From an uncultured Paraglaciecola sp. (GTDB lineage Bacteria; Pseudomonadota; Gammaproteobacteria; Enterobacterales; Alteromonadaceae): DNA of 64,000 nt. The position numbers were made by a program, and so were the translations under genes. The stretch covers positions 10,222-74,221 of the forward strand of contig CANMKA010000019.1 in the NCBI GenBank assembly GCA_947498355.1, given 5' to 3'. The notes under the pieces were generated by a model. The model had not been told where the DNA came from, made no database searches, and was given only the letters and a program-made list of their open reading frames with translations. Of the stretch, positions 8,897-19,195 are shown in pieces. Position 1 is the stretch's first letter, and each line of letters begins with the position of its first letter.

Positions 8897-10053
8897 CCGA
8901 CAAAATCAAAGGCTTTACCAACACCAGTATGATTAACCAAGAGGCTGCCGCTTGGATTGTACTGATTGAAGATACCCCGCAACTATCGGCCCAACAAATT
9001 TCTGAGCTTAATGCTTGGGTCGCCACCAGTGAAGTTCACAAACAATGCTTAGAGCAGATGGCTCGCTCGTGGGGCGAGTTGGACTTGCTTGCGTCTGTGA
9101 TGTTACCCCAAGAAATGCGTCAACCTTCACCGTTTTCGCTGTTAGGCGCCAAAGTATTCTTTCCAGTTTTGGCCCTGTATGCGTTTATTTTAGCCTGTGT
9201 TAAGCAAAAACATTATTGGGGACGCGCAGCCTTGGCCACCGCTTTAATTAGCGTGTGCGTTGCTTGGTTAAACCATGATCCCGCCCCTCATATTCCTGAC
9301 GCAAATTACCTCGTTTTAAAAACAAAAATGGGGGAAAACACCCAGCACCTAATGCCAGATGGCAGCCTGCTATGGCTCAATAGCAGCAGTGAAATTGAAG
9401 TGTCTTACCAAGAGAGCTTACGCAAAATCAATCTGATTGAAGGCGAAGCACATTTTAAAGTTGCTAAAGATGCCGCAAGACCCTTCGAGGTTTACGTTGA
9501 TAATCGTTTAGTCCGTGCTATTGGTACAGCCTTTTCGGTGCATAAAGTAGAGGGCAAAATAGAAGTACTGGTGAGCGAAGGCACAGTTGAATTAGCGATA
9601 GTCGACCAGACACTTACAGTTACTCCTGATCAAGATGCGCCTATTGCTATCACTACAGCCCCCGCCTCAGCAATAACAGCTAACTCACTGGTACAACCCA
9701 AAAAAGTGCTTGGTAGATTATCCGCTGGCCAAAGGATCAGTATTCCCATCGAGTCTCCCAACATGGGCGACATAGATCAGCTAGACATTAGCGAAGTGAC
9801 GCGCTTTTTATCTTGGAAAGAAGGCAAATTAATTTTTGCTGGTGAATCGCTCGAAGAAGTCATTAAAGAAATCACCCGCCACACCCCAATTAAAATTGAC
9901 GTTGTCGATCCTGAGCTTAAAACCATGCGCATTGGCGGCCAGTTTAAAGTCGGCGAAACCGAAACCCTATTTTACGTATTAGAGTCGGGATTTGGCATTA
10001 GTGCTAACCGTCTGAATGCCAACCATGTCGAATTACGAGTCAAATCACACTAA
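8893..10053 (+). CDS. FecR-family transmembrane anti-sigma/sensor
   Basis: 386 aa with an N-terminal cytoplasmic part, one TM, and a FecR periplasmic domain (INLIEGEAHFKVAKD...FEVY...AIGTAFSV). Sits between the sigma gene and the STN receptor. Confidence 0.85.
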   Translation: MTDKIKGFTNTSMINQEAAAWIVLIEDTPQLSAQQISELNAWVATSEVHKQCLEQMARSWGELDLLASVMLPQEMRQPSPFSLLGAKVFFPVLALYAFILACVKQKHYWGRAALATALISVCVAWLNHDPAPHIPDANYLVLKTKMGENTQHLMPDGSLLWLNSSSEIEVSYQESLRKINLIEGEAHFKVAKDAARPFEVYVDNRLVRAIGTAFSVHKVEGKIEVLVSEGTVELAIVDQTLTVTPDQDAPIAITTAPASAITANSLVQPKKVLGRLSAGQRISIPIESPNMGDIDQLDISEVTRFLSWKEGKLIFAGESLEEVIKEITRHTPIKIDVVDPELKTMRIGGQFKVGETETLFYVLESGFGISANRLNANHVELRVKSH

Positions 10054-13000
10054 ATGCAAAAAATTAATAGTAGATTTACATTTTTGATACGTCCTATTAA
10101 CAGACAAGTCAGTAAGACGTTAATAGTGCTAAATTTATTATTCTACTGTTTAGTGTTATCCGAAGTAAAAGCAGCGGAAGCGGATCAGGTTAATGCAGAG
10201 TATGATTTTAATATTCCACAACAACCACTTAGTGTATCGCTAAATAAATTGTCTGATATTGGTAAAATATCATTCCTATTTCCTTATGACCTTGTTGTAA
10301 ACAAAACTGGTCGTTCAGTGAGAGGCCGCTTTACGGTTCAACAAGCACTCGATGTGCTTTTGGCCCAAAGTAACCTTAAAGGTGAACTGTCAGACAAACA
10401 GGCTTTTATTATTAAGCCCATGTCTGCGACTGATAACAAAAACAACTTAGGTAACACCAATATGACAACTAAGAAAACCCTTCTTGCTTCTATGATGGGC
10501 TTAATGTTTGCGTCTTCGGCAAATGCTCAAGCTCCCGAGTCAGCTAAAACAACAGAACAAGAACCCGAGCGCATTATTGTAACGGGTGTATTCAAATCAT
10601 CGAGTGAAGATGGCTCCGCAGTAGCCGTGTCGAGCATAGGCGAAGAGACCTTAAGACGCACGATTGCCGTGAGTACCGCAGATGTGTTGAAGGACATTCC
10701 TGGCGTGTTCGTCAATACCGCCCTAGGTGAAGTGCGCAACATTGTGTATTCACGAGGCATATCAGCGAACTCTCTTGATGGCAACAACGGCTACTTTTAT
10801 GTGTCTATGCAAGAAGATGGTTTGCCAGTGCAAAACGCCATCATGACAAATTTTGGTCCAGATTTGTTTTTTCGGGTCGATTTGATGACCAAACGTGTCG
10901 AAGCCGTAAGAGGCGGTGCTTCTGCGATTACCGGAGCTAACGCCCCCGGCGGCATATTTAACTATTTAACAAAAACCGGGGCATCTGATCCAGGTACCAT
11001 CATCAGTGCCAGACTAGGCAGCGAAGGGGGCGAATTTGGCAACCCTTATTACCGTACCGATTTCTATCATGGCAGGCAGATTAACGATAACTTGTCATTC
11101 GCAGTAGGTGGATTTTATCGAGATGGCACGGGCCCTAGAGATCCTGGCTACTCAACCAACCGAGGCGGCCAAATACGCGCTAACGTCTTGTACGAATATG
11201 ACAATGGCTCGATACAATTCAATTATAAAAACCTAAATGATCACAATATTTGGGATGAGTTTTTACCTGTTGAGGGTTTACGCAATCCACGTCCTTTGGG
11301 CCAGTTCGATTTTAATAGTTCGGTCAATCCCTCGCGTGTTCCTCATACATTTAGAGCCCTCGATAGCCGTCAATATTTGCCCGGCACCTTAACCGACACA
11401 GATCACTGGGATCCAAAGAATCTGATCCACAACACATCTCAAACTTACAGCGTAAGTATTCAACATGATCTGAACGACTCTTGGTCTATTGAGAATAAGT
11501 TCAAACGCTCAGAAAACAATTCGGACTGGAACACAGGTGCTGCAATCTTTGCCATGGGCATTGATGTAGCAGGAATATACGGGCCAGCTCCTTTTGGTAA
11601 TGGCATACTGGCTGTAGGCGTAACCGGTGAAAACGGCTTTGAACCATACGACGGAACCCTTTCGTTTAGCGACAATGCGGGCAACCAATTGGCCCAAGTC
11701 AGTGCGTTAAATGGTGAATACACTGTGTTATCTTCTAGCCTACCCGACGACCCAGCCCTTCCCAATGCAATACTGGTTCAAACCGCTTTTGCACCAGAAA
11801 CGGGTGCCGATGAATTTATTAACCAATTCACCCTAAGTAAAGAATTGGACGATATGGCATTTTATTTTGGTAATTTCTACTCCGAGTCCAAGCTTTATTG
11901 GCGCAGCGGTGAAGGCGGTACAGGGTTAAGCCAATTCACCCCTGAACGCGAAATGCTAAATATCACCATAGAACGACCCGATGGTACGGTACAACAAGTG
12001 ACATCTCCTGACGGCTTTGCTGGAGAAGGCCGTATTGGTGCATTTCAAAACTTTGCGAGCCTTGCAGAACAAGAGCAAATTTCATTCTTCTTCGGACATA
12101 CATGGGATATTTCAGAGCAATGGAACCTCAACTGGGGGCTGCGCAGCGAGCGGATCACAGTTGAAGGCAGTAACCAAGTTGCCAGCCAGTTTACCGACGA
12201 AACAGGTGGCATAGACGGCGATCCAAACACCTTATACGACAATACCATTCAGTCACTCGGCTTTCCGGTTCGATACAAACGTACCTTTAACTCTGTCGGC
12301 TTCTCTGGCGCCTTGACCTACAGATGGAATGACAACCAATCGACCTACTTCCGGTATTCAGACAGTGAAAAAGCCCCCAGTGTTGCAGCATTTGTCGACC
12401 CGGGTGCAGGCGTAAACGACGGCTTATTTGTGCCTCAGTCAGTGCTGCAAATTGAAGTTGGCCATACTATTTCGGCGAAAGACTATCGCCTTGTATTAAC
12501 GCCATTTTATACAGAACTAACCGACATAGGCGGCTTTGGTTCACCGGTACAATTTACCGATACCGATGGCACCACTTATCTGCCCCCTTCTCTGTTATCA
12601 GCAATTGAAACCTTCGGGATTGAAATCGAAGGACACTACAATCTAACAGACAAATTCAAACTTAATCTAAGCACTACGCTACAAGACTCCACCAGCACAG
12701 ATAATGCCGCTTGGCGTTCAACTGAGCCCGGACGAGCCGACGATTTCATTGAATTCTTTGAAGACGGAGATGCTGCTAATACCGCCAAATTCCAAGGTGC
12801 GTTGACGGGAACCTACACAGAGCAACAATGGAGCGCATTTGCCACCATTCGTCATTTAGGCGATCGTCCAGCCAATGCCAACAACACCTTCGATTTACAA
12901 GGTTTTACCACTATTGACATAGGTGCGACTTACTTCGTCAATGACAACGTAAGGCTCAACCTCAACGTTAATAATCTGACTAATGAACACGGTGTAATGA

Positions 13001-13125
13001 GTTGGCAAGGCGCCGGTGACTTTAGTGGTTTAGACCGCAGTATCAGTCCAAGAAACGAATTATGGAGTGTGGTGCAACAACAACCTAGATCTATATTCGT
13101 GACCGCAACCTATAGCTTCGAGTAA
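10054..13125 (+). CDS. TonB-dependent receptor with N-terminal STN signalling domain (FecA-type transducer)
   Basis: 1023 aa. STN-like segment at aa ~50-120 (FNIPQQPLSVSLNKLSDIGKISFLF...ALDVLLAQSNL), plug start ERIIVTG, long beta-barrel. Confidence 0.9.
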   Translation: MQKINSRFTFLIRPINRQVSKTLIVLNLLFYCLVLSEVKAAEADQVNAEYDFNIPQQPLSVSLNKLSDIGKISFLFPYDLVVNKTGRSVRGRFTVQQALDVLLAQSNLKGELSDKQAFIIKPMSATDNKNNLGNTNMTTKKTLLASMMGLMFASSANAQAPESAKTTEQEPERIIVTGVFKSSSEDGSAVAVSSIGEETLRRTIAVSTADVLKDIPGVFVNTALGEVRNIVYSRGISANSLDGNNGYFYVSMQEDGLPVQNAIMTNFGPDLFFRVDLMTKRVEAVRGGASAITGANAPGGIFNYLTKTGASDPGTIISARLGSEGGEFGNPYYRTDFYHGRQINDNLSFAVGGFYRDGTGPRDPGYSTNRGGQIRANVLYEYDNGSIQFNYKNLNDHNIWDEFLPVEGLRNPRPLGQFDFNSSVNPSRVPHTFRALDSRQYLPGTLTDTDHWDPKNLIHNTSQTYSVSIQHDLNDSWSIENKFKRSENNSDWNTGAAIFAMGIDVAGIYGPAPFGNGILAVGVTGENGFEPYDGTLSFSDNAGNQLAQVSALNGEYTVLSSSLPDDPALPNAILVQTAFAPETGADEFINQFTLSKELDDMAFYFGNFYSESKLYWRSGEGGTGLSQFTPEREMLNITIERPDGTVQQVTSPDGFAGEGRIGAFQNFASLAEQEQISFFFGHTWDISEQWNLNWGLRSERITVEGSNQVASQFTDETGGIDGDPNTLYDNTIQSLGFPVRYKRTFNSVGFSGALTYRWNDNQSTYFRYSDSEKAPSVAAFVDPGAGVNDGLFVPQSVLQIEVGHTISAKDYRLVLTPFYTELTDIGGFGSPVQFTDTDGTTYLPPSLLSAIETFGIEIEGHYNLTDKFKLNLSTTLQDSTSTDNAAWRSTEPGRADDFIEFFEDGDAANTAKFQGALTGTYTEQQWSAFATIRHLGDRPANANNTFDLQGFTTIDIGATYFVNDNVRLNLNVNNLTNEHGVMSWQGAGDFSGLDRSISPRNELWSVVQQQPRSIFVTATYSFE

Positions 13126-13155
13126 CCTGCTACGCGGTCAATCACGAAAATGAGC

Positions 13156-13187
13156 AAAAAGCCAAGGCCTAAACCTTGGCTTTTTTA
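13156..13187 (+). terminator. Rho-independent terminator after the receptor gene
   Basis: AAAAAGCCAAGG-cctaaa-CCTTGGCTTTTTT. Confidence 0.75.
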
Positions 13188-13427
13188 TTTATTCTGGGCC
13201 CATTACCTAAGCATTTAAATGCGAGTAATAAAAGCTGTCAAAATGCCCCAGCTTATGGAATTCTGATAACAACAGTGAGTCTGAAATAACCCTAGTATCA
13301 GGGCATATAATATTAATCTGGTCCACCAAAGTTGCTTGAACATGCTGTCTTTCTAGCAAGCTTTTCAGGGTAAATGCAACCCTTTCAATAGCTATTAACT
13401 TATCGATATCGATCCTATAAATAACTA

Positions 13428-16400
13428 TTACATCCCTCTGTTTTTCTTAAAGTTCTCTGCTTGTGCAAAAATCTCTTTATACACTTCGTCTCGGCTTACT
13501 GGAGGGTAGCCAAACCTGGCGAGTAACATAATTAAGTCAACTTTTAGTTCAGCTTTAATGTCGTCACGGTTATTCCAGTCTGTGTACTTAGCCTTATCGT
13601 CAACTACCTCTTTTACTGCTTGAGCAAGCTCAATTAATTTATCTTCTGGGTAAGTAAAGTCATACTTAACAGCTAACGATTTTAAAATATCGTAAAAGGC
13701 TTTTTCTTCAAAGCTAATACCCAAGTCATCGTTAGCGTCCATCTCGGATTTAAGGTCGGTAAACATATTGATAATTTCATCAGAGAAGTCTTCAAGCACG
13801 TCACTTACCAATACATCGTCTTCTTTGCGCTCGTTGTATTTATCAACTAACGCTTTAAAGCGTTTGGTAAAATCTATTCCCTGAGCAAGGTTGACCTTTT
13901 TCATTTCCTCAATGGCTTTAGCTAGCATTTTTTGCAATAGCATTATCTTGGTATTGGGCAGTTTTATCTTGCCGATTTTGGCAAGATAGTCTTCATCAAA
14001 AATATCAATCTCACCATCGTCATTGCCAAGTTTGAATATTTCCTCTACCCCATCACTTTTAAGCGCCTCTGCAATCATTTCTCGCACTTTTGCGTTCATT
14101 TGCGAAGTGTCAGGTGCTTCACCTTTGGTTAACTTGTAGATGATAGATCGCACAGCAAGGTAGAAGTGAATATAGTCGCGTTCTTGCTGAGATAGTTTCT
14201 CGCTGCCACAACAAACATCATAAGCCGCTTTTAAACGCTTAACTAAGGCCATAAAGCGTTTCTCAATTTTGCCAACAGATAATACAAATTCAGCCGCATT
14301 ATTTAAGCAATTTAACTGCGCTACTGGCTCGCCAGTGAAATAAGGCGAGGAATCGAATTGGTGGAAAATCCGAGAAAGTAAATCGAGGTGATCTTTAACC
14401 GCAATAACCGACTGATTGATATCTTCAAAGTTAGCTTCTTCTGACTTTGAGAACTGCGCTAGCGCTTTATTCATCGCCGTTTTAATACCGATGTAATCAA
14501 CCACTAAACCTTTATGCTTGCCTGAAAATTTACGGTTAACACGGGAAATAGTTTGAATAAGATTATGTTTTTGCAGTGGCTTATCAATGTAAATCGTATC
14601 AAGAAACGGCACATCAAAACCGGTAAGCCACATATCTACGACAATTGCGATTTTAAAATTAGATTGATCGTTCTTAAACTGCCTGTCTAAATCTTTACGA
14701 TACTCTTTAGTACCCAGTAAGTTATACAAGGCTTCTGGATCATCTTTGCCACGTGTCATAACCATTTTGACACGCTCCATCGGTTTGATTTTCTTCTTCT
14801 CTTGTTCGCTTAACGTAGAGCCTTTCTCGCATTCAAGCACCTCAAACCATTCGGGTCGAAGCTCTTCCAGCTCTTGATAAAACAAATATGCAATTTCACG
14901 AGAACTAGACACAAACATGGCTTTACCTTTTATGGTTGAGCCTTCATTAATGCGCGCTTCATAATGTTCAACAAAATCTTTCGCCAGTGTGCATATACGG
15001 TCAGGGTCGCCCAATATCGAGTTCATACTCGACGTGGCTTTTTTACTTTCTTCTATTTGATGCTCATTACTACCCGAATCTTCACATTGCTTGTAATAGG
15101 CTTCTATTTCTTCAAGCTTGGCATTGTTGAGTAATACTTTTGCCGCACGGCCTTCATAAACAATACGCACCGTTATTTCATCTTTAACCGACTCTGACAT
15201 GGTATAAGCATCAATAACCTTACCAAATACATCTAACGTGGCGTCAATAGGCGTACCCGTAAACCCCACAAAGGTCGCATTAGGTAATGAGTCATGTAAA
15301 TATTTTGCAAAGCCATAAGTGCGCCTTACGCCAGCATTAGGGCCCGTCTCGGTTATCACTACCTTTTGGTCTAAATTAACTTGGCTGCGGTGTGCCTCAT
15401 CTGAAATACAAATAACGTTAGTACGCTCAGTAAGTAGCTCAATATCTTCGGTAAATTTATGAATGGTTGTTAAAAATACACCACCACTTTGTCGGCCTTT
15501 AAGTAGTTGTCTTAGTTGTTCGCGGCTTTCAACACTAACAATATGGTCATCGCCAATATAGCTTTTAGCGTTAGAAAACTGCTGCGATAACTGATCATCT
15601 AAATCGGTTCTGTCGGTAATTAAAACAATGGTTGGGCTTTCAAACTCAACGCTTTTCATTAATAGCCGCGATAAAAACTGCATGGTAAAGCTTTTACCAC
15701 AGCCCGTTGCACCAAAATACGTTCCGCCTTTACCGCTGCCGCCCTCAATACGGCCATCAGCAGTAATTAACTTGCGCTCTTTTTTAATATTATTAAATAG
15801 TTTCCGCGCTGCGTAATACTGCGGGTATCGGCACACTATTTTCACTTCACCTTTTGATTTATCAGGGAAGTAAATAAAGTTACGAATAACATCACACAAA
15901 CGTTTTTTATCAAACAAGCCCTGCAACATAGTGTGTAAGCCATTAATGCCATCTTGCTCTATTGATTCATCACCCGAAATTTTTCGCCATGCATAATAAA
16001 AATCATAGGGCGCAAACACATTGCCCATTTTATTATTTACACCATCGCTAATAACGCACAGTGCGTTGAAAACAAATAACTGGGGAATATCGCGGCGGTA
16101 ACGAATGGTTAATTGTTCATAGGCATCATGCAGTGACGCTTGTTCTTCGCGAATAGCGCTTTTAAATTCAAACACCACAACAGGTAGGCCGTTAATGTAC
16201 AAAATACCGTCAGGAATACGTTTAGAGTTATCAGCCAGTGGGCTTTCAATCTCTAACTGGGTAACCATTTTAAAAATATTGTGCTGTGTTGTGGCAACAT
16301 AAGGGATGCTTGCCTCAGCGACCATAGGTAACGCTTCATCTAACTCTTGAGCAACGGCTACTTCTTCGCTGTTTACTTGGTCATAATTAATTAGCTGAAT

Positions 16401-16745
16401 ATATAAATCTTTTTTAGACGCTTCGCCCGGCTTACTGCCCGCTTCACGTTTTAATAAAAAGCCATCACTTAACCATTTACAAAAAGTTTTATTACTTTGG
16501 TATAAGTCACCTATAGGCAAGGTTTCGAGCTGTAAAATAATGCTATCTATTTCACCTGTGGTGATGTCATCAGCCGCGTAACGATTAGCTAAATAAGCGC
16601 GTAAGTCAGCTTTAATGAGCACTTGTTCTGGTGAACGAATTAGCTCAGCACCTGAGGCATACGGATACCCTTGCTCACCCAGTAACTCTATAATAGCTGC
16701 TTCTAATTGTGCTTCTGTAAACTTCACTATTCTATTACCTTCCAA
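13428..16745 (-). CDS. hsdR: Type I restriction enzyme R subunit
   Basis: 1105 aa. Walker A GATGCGKS, DEAH box (ISDEAHRSQ), helicase motifs, typical C-terminal helical domain. Confidence 0.95.
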   Translation of the reverse strand: MEGNRIVKFTEAQLEAAIIELLGEQGYPYASGAELIRSPEQVLIKADLRAYLANRYAADDITTGEIDSIILQLETLPIGDLYQSNKTFCKWLSDGFLLKREAGSKPGEASKKDLYIQLINYDQVNSEEVAVAQELDEALPMVAEASIPYVATTQHNIFKMVTQLEIESPLADNSKRIPDGILYINGLPVVVFEFKSAIREEQASLHDAYEQLTIRYRRDIPQLFVFNALCVISDGVNNKMGNVFAPYDFYYAWRKISGDESIEQDGINGLHTMLQGLFDKKRLCDVIRNFIYFPDKSKGEVKIVCRYPQYYAARKLFNNIKKERKLITADGRIEGGSGKGGTYFGATGCGKSFTMQFLSRLLMKSVEFESPTIVLITDRTDLDDQLSQQFSNAKSYIGDDHIVSVESREQLRQLLKGRQSGGVFLTTIHKFTEDIELLTERTNVICISDEAHRSQVNLDQKVVITETGPNAGVRRTYGFAKYLHDSLPNATFVGFTGTPIDATLDVFGKVIDAYTMSESVKDEITVRIVYEGRAAKVLLNNAKLEEIEAYYKQCEDSGSNEHQIEESKKATSSMNSILGDPDRICTLAKDFVEHYEARINEGSTIKGKAMFVSSSREIAYLFYQELEELRPEWFEVLECEKGSTLSEQEKKKIKPMERVKMVMTRGKDDPEALYNLLGTKEYRKDLDRQFKNDQSNFKIAIVVDMWLTGFDVPFLDTIYIDKPLQKHNLIQTISRVNRKFSGKHKGLVVDYIGIKTAMNKALAQFSKSEEANFEDINQSVIAVKDHLDLLSRIFHQFDSSPYFTGEPVAQLNCLNNAAEFVLSVGKIEKRFMALVKRLKAAYDVCCGSEKLSQQERDYIHFYLAVRSIIYKLTKGEAPDTSQMNAKVREMIAEALKSDGVEEIFKLGNDDGEIDIFDEDYLAKIGKIKLPNTKIMLLQKMLAKAIEEMKKVNLAQGIDFTKRFKALVDKYNERKEDDVLVSDVLEDFSDEIINMFTDLKSEMDANDDLGISFEEKAFYDILKSLAVKYDFTYPEDKLIELAQAVKEVVDDKAKYTDWNNRDDIKAELKVDLIMLLARFGYPPVSRDEVYKEIFAQAENFKKNRGM

Positions 16746-17734
16746 TGGCCTGTTTTGGCAGAGCCAACACGTTCAATATAGTTATTGTCTTTCAGTACTT
16801 TGATATGTCGTTCGATGGTTCGCAACGACTTTGTTAATTGCATTGCCAACGCTTGAATTGTAATGCTGGGGTGTTCTTGTATTTGTAACAAAATCGATTG
16901 CTGCAGTTTTGATTGTTTTACCCCGTCATTTATACCGACATTTACACCGACATTTACTCCGTCATTTTGACTTGAACTACTGGTGTTTATTGCATCAAAA
17001 ATCATTTGTAACATAAACTCAATAAATGGCGACGAATCCGTGCGTTCTGTACTTTTTCGAATGGCTAAATAATAGTCTGACTGGTGTTGGTGCACTACGC
17101 TTTCAACAGGAATATTAATAAACACATCATGCCATTTTGACAAGATCAAGGTTTGCCACAAACGCCCCATACGGCCATTGCCATCATCAAAAGGATGAAT
17201 AAATTCAAATTCGTAGTGGAACACACAACTTGCAATTAAAGGGTGAACATCTGTTTTTGTAAGCCAAGTCAATAATTGTGTAATTAACATGGGTACACGG
17301 TCTGCTTGTGGCGCCATATGTACAACTTTATCGCCCGACATAACCCCAGCCCCTTTACAACGAAACATCCCCGCTTGTGCAACCAAACCTGTCATTAATA
17401 CCCTGTGGGCGGCCAGTAAGTCGTCGGTTTTTGTTGGCTGCCACTGACGAATAACGTCATAAGCGGCAATTGCATTATGGGCTTCTTGCACTTCTTTTGG
17501 TGGAGCAATCACACGCTTGCCATCAAGTATTGCGGTGATCTGCTGTTCTGTCAGTGTATTTCCTTCAATCGCCAACGAGCCTTTTACCGTGCGCATGCGA
17601 TTTACTTTACGTAAAAGCAATAACTTTTCGTGCTCCGCTTGTACCGTTAAACGCCCAATCGCTTCGCTAATTTGAGCAACCAATGTTAAGGTTTTATTGG
17701 TTAGCGTAAATGGAGGAATATAATCACTTGTCAT
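16727..17734 (-). CDS. Fic-family protein (N-terminal Fic_N-like, Fic core, C-terminal winged HTH)
   Basis: Canonical Fic motif HPFDDGNGRMGR. Inhibitory-helix-type motif SLAIEGN ([ST]xxxE[GN]). C-terminal HTH (ITIQALAMQLTKSLRTIERHIKVLKDNNYIERV). 19-nt overlap with the hsdR start. Confidence 0.9.
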   Translation of the reverse strand: MTSDYIPPFTLTNKTLTLVAQISEAIGRLTVQAEHEKLLLLRKVNRMRTVKGSLAIEGNTLTEQQITAILDGKRVIAPPKEVQEAHNAIAAYDVIRQWQPTKTDDLLAAHRVLMTGLVAQAGMFRCKGAGVMSGDKVVHMAPQADRVPMLITQLLTWLTKTDVHPLIASCVFHYEFEFIHPFDDGNGRMGRLWQTLILSKWHDVFINIPVESVVHQHQSDYYLAIRKSTERTDSSPFIEFMLQMIFDAINTSSSSQNDGVNVGVNVGINDGVKQSKLQQSILLQIQEHPSITIQALAMQLTKSLRTIERHIKVLKDNNYIERVGSAKTGHWKVIE

Positions 17735-17744
17735 GTTATTACCC

Positions 17745-19178
17745 TTAAAAACACGCAGGGAAATGTGTTTTTAATAGCTTCATCATATTACGTTTGGCTT
17801 TATGTTGTTTGACGACTTGGTTTATCATCACCTGTAGCGCCTCGGTATGTGCATCTTGCAGTTTATTTTCTAGGCGTAGCAATAAATCAGTAGCCTGTTG
17901 ATAGGCTCGATTGTTACCTTGGCTAATGGTTGATAGCACAACACGCGCATATAAATCGATAGCTTCTTGTGGGTGTTCGCCAACAATTAAATCAGCTAAT
18001 TTAAGCAGCTTACTCGGTTCTGCTTTATGTGATTTTACCCATAAACGAGCTTGGGCTACTTGTTGATGATAAAGGTAAAAGCTTAATAGTGCATCCGCCT
18101 CTCGCACAATGCCCCCGTAGCTATTTTCGGCATAACATTGGGTAAAAATACGCTCGACTTTTTCTTTACATTTTTCATCAATTACCCCTGTTTTTTGTTC
18201 AAGTGTCATTAACGCTTTGTAACCCGAAAAACTAGGCGTTTGGCTAAAGAGTTGCCACGCCAACTGCCATGCTTGCTGATATTCTTTTAACGCAAGGCGC
18301 AACTCGACTTCAAATTTTCGACAGTTTATTTTATTAGCGTCTTTTTTTATCACGCTATAGGCTTTTTTTAACCAATATTCAGCGTCTAAGAGCTCACTGT
18401 GTTCAAGGCAAAGCTGCGCAATTTTAAGGTGATCGCTCTCGTCATAAGCTGACATGGCCATTAAATGGCATTGCGCGGGTAAGTCCTTGTTGTTTTTTGC
18501 CTGTTCAATTTGCGGCTTAAGCAAACGCTCAAAGGCATACTTTTCTTTCCACATACTCAAATCAAGCCCTTGCTTGAGGCGTTGTTGTGCCTCTGCTTGG
18601 CATAAACCGACAAAAATATCGGTCACGGACGCTGTTAAATTAAAGTCTTCTGGCACACTTGGAAAAACATCGTATTTATACGCTTTATAATGCTCAAATA
18701 TCCATTGAGCCTTTTCATCGTCAGACCAAGTTTGCTGATTAAACAAGATACTTAACCGACGGTTTAATTGCCTCTCTAAATCAAAACGGTAACCGCCAGA
18801 ATCATCTACATGCTCTAGCACGGTATTTAACCGAACAAGCGCATGTAAGGTCAGTTGCCATTGTTTATCAATCGGTAATTGTTCGATAGCCGTAAAAATA
18901 TCAACAAACATATTATCGCTGTGATGAAAGTAGGCGCGAGCCTCGGCATAACCCCAAACTTGCTTTTTTGGTAACGCTTTGGTGATCATTTTTTTGATTT
19001 CACCGCCACTTAACCCACCTTGATCGTTTAACATAGCAAGCTGCCAACGGCTTTGTTCATCGGCGGACTCACCAATATAATTTAGAATAATGTCGCTGAG
19101 CTCATCAACCGACTTTTGGTTAAACCAGATTTTTAGCTGGCTCATGATAGGGTGTTCATCGTCGTTATAAGTTTTCAT
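17745..19178 (-). CDS. Hypothetical 477-aa protein, predicted all-alpha / helical repeat, no family recognised
   Basis: Long uninterrupted ORF packed 17 nt after hsdS and 10 nt before the Fic gene. No catalytic motif recognised by eye. Confidence 0.75.
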   Translation of the reverse strand: MKTYNDDEHPIMSQLKIWFNQKSVDELSDIILNYIGESADEQSRWQLAMLNDQGGLSGGEIKKMITKALPKKQVWGYAEARAYFHHSDNMFVDIFTAIEQLPIDKQWQLTLHALVRLNTVLEHVDDSGGYRFDLERQLNRRLSILFNQQTWSDDEKAQWIFEHYKAYKYDVFPSVPEDFNLTASVTDIFVGLCQAEAQQRLKQGLDLSMWKEKYAFERLLKPQIEQAKNNKDLPAQCHLMAMSAYDESDHLKIAQLCLEHSELLDAEYWLKKAYSVIKKDANKINCRKFEVELRLALKEYQQAWQLAWQLFSQTPSFSGYKALMTLEQKTGVIDEKCKEKVERIFTQCYAENSYGGIVREADALLSFYLYHQQVAQARLWVKSHKAEPSKLLKLADLIVGEHPQEAIDLYARVVLSTISQGNNRAYQQATDLLLRLENKLQDAHTEALQVMINQVVKQHKAKRNMMKLLKTHFPACF

Positions 19179-19195
19179 GATAAAAATGCTTCTGC

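Noticed and set aside
13409-13416. 8-bp direct repeat GATCCTAT at both ends of the R-M block (second copy ~23831-23838) as an att or target-site duplication
   Set aside because: An 8-mer match between two ~300-bp AT-rich regions is expected by chance. No integrase, transposase or tRNA supports mobility.
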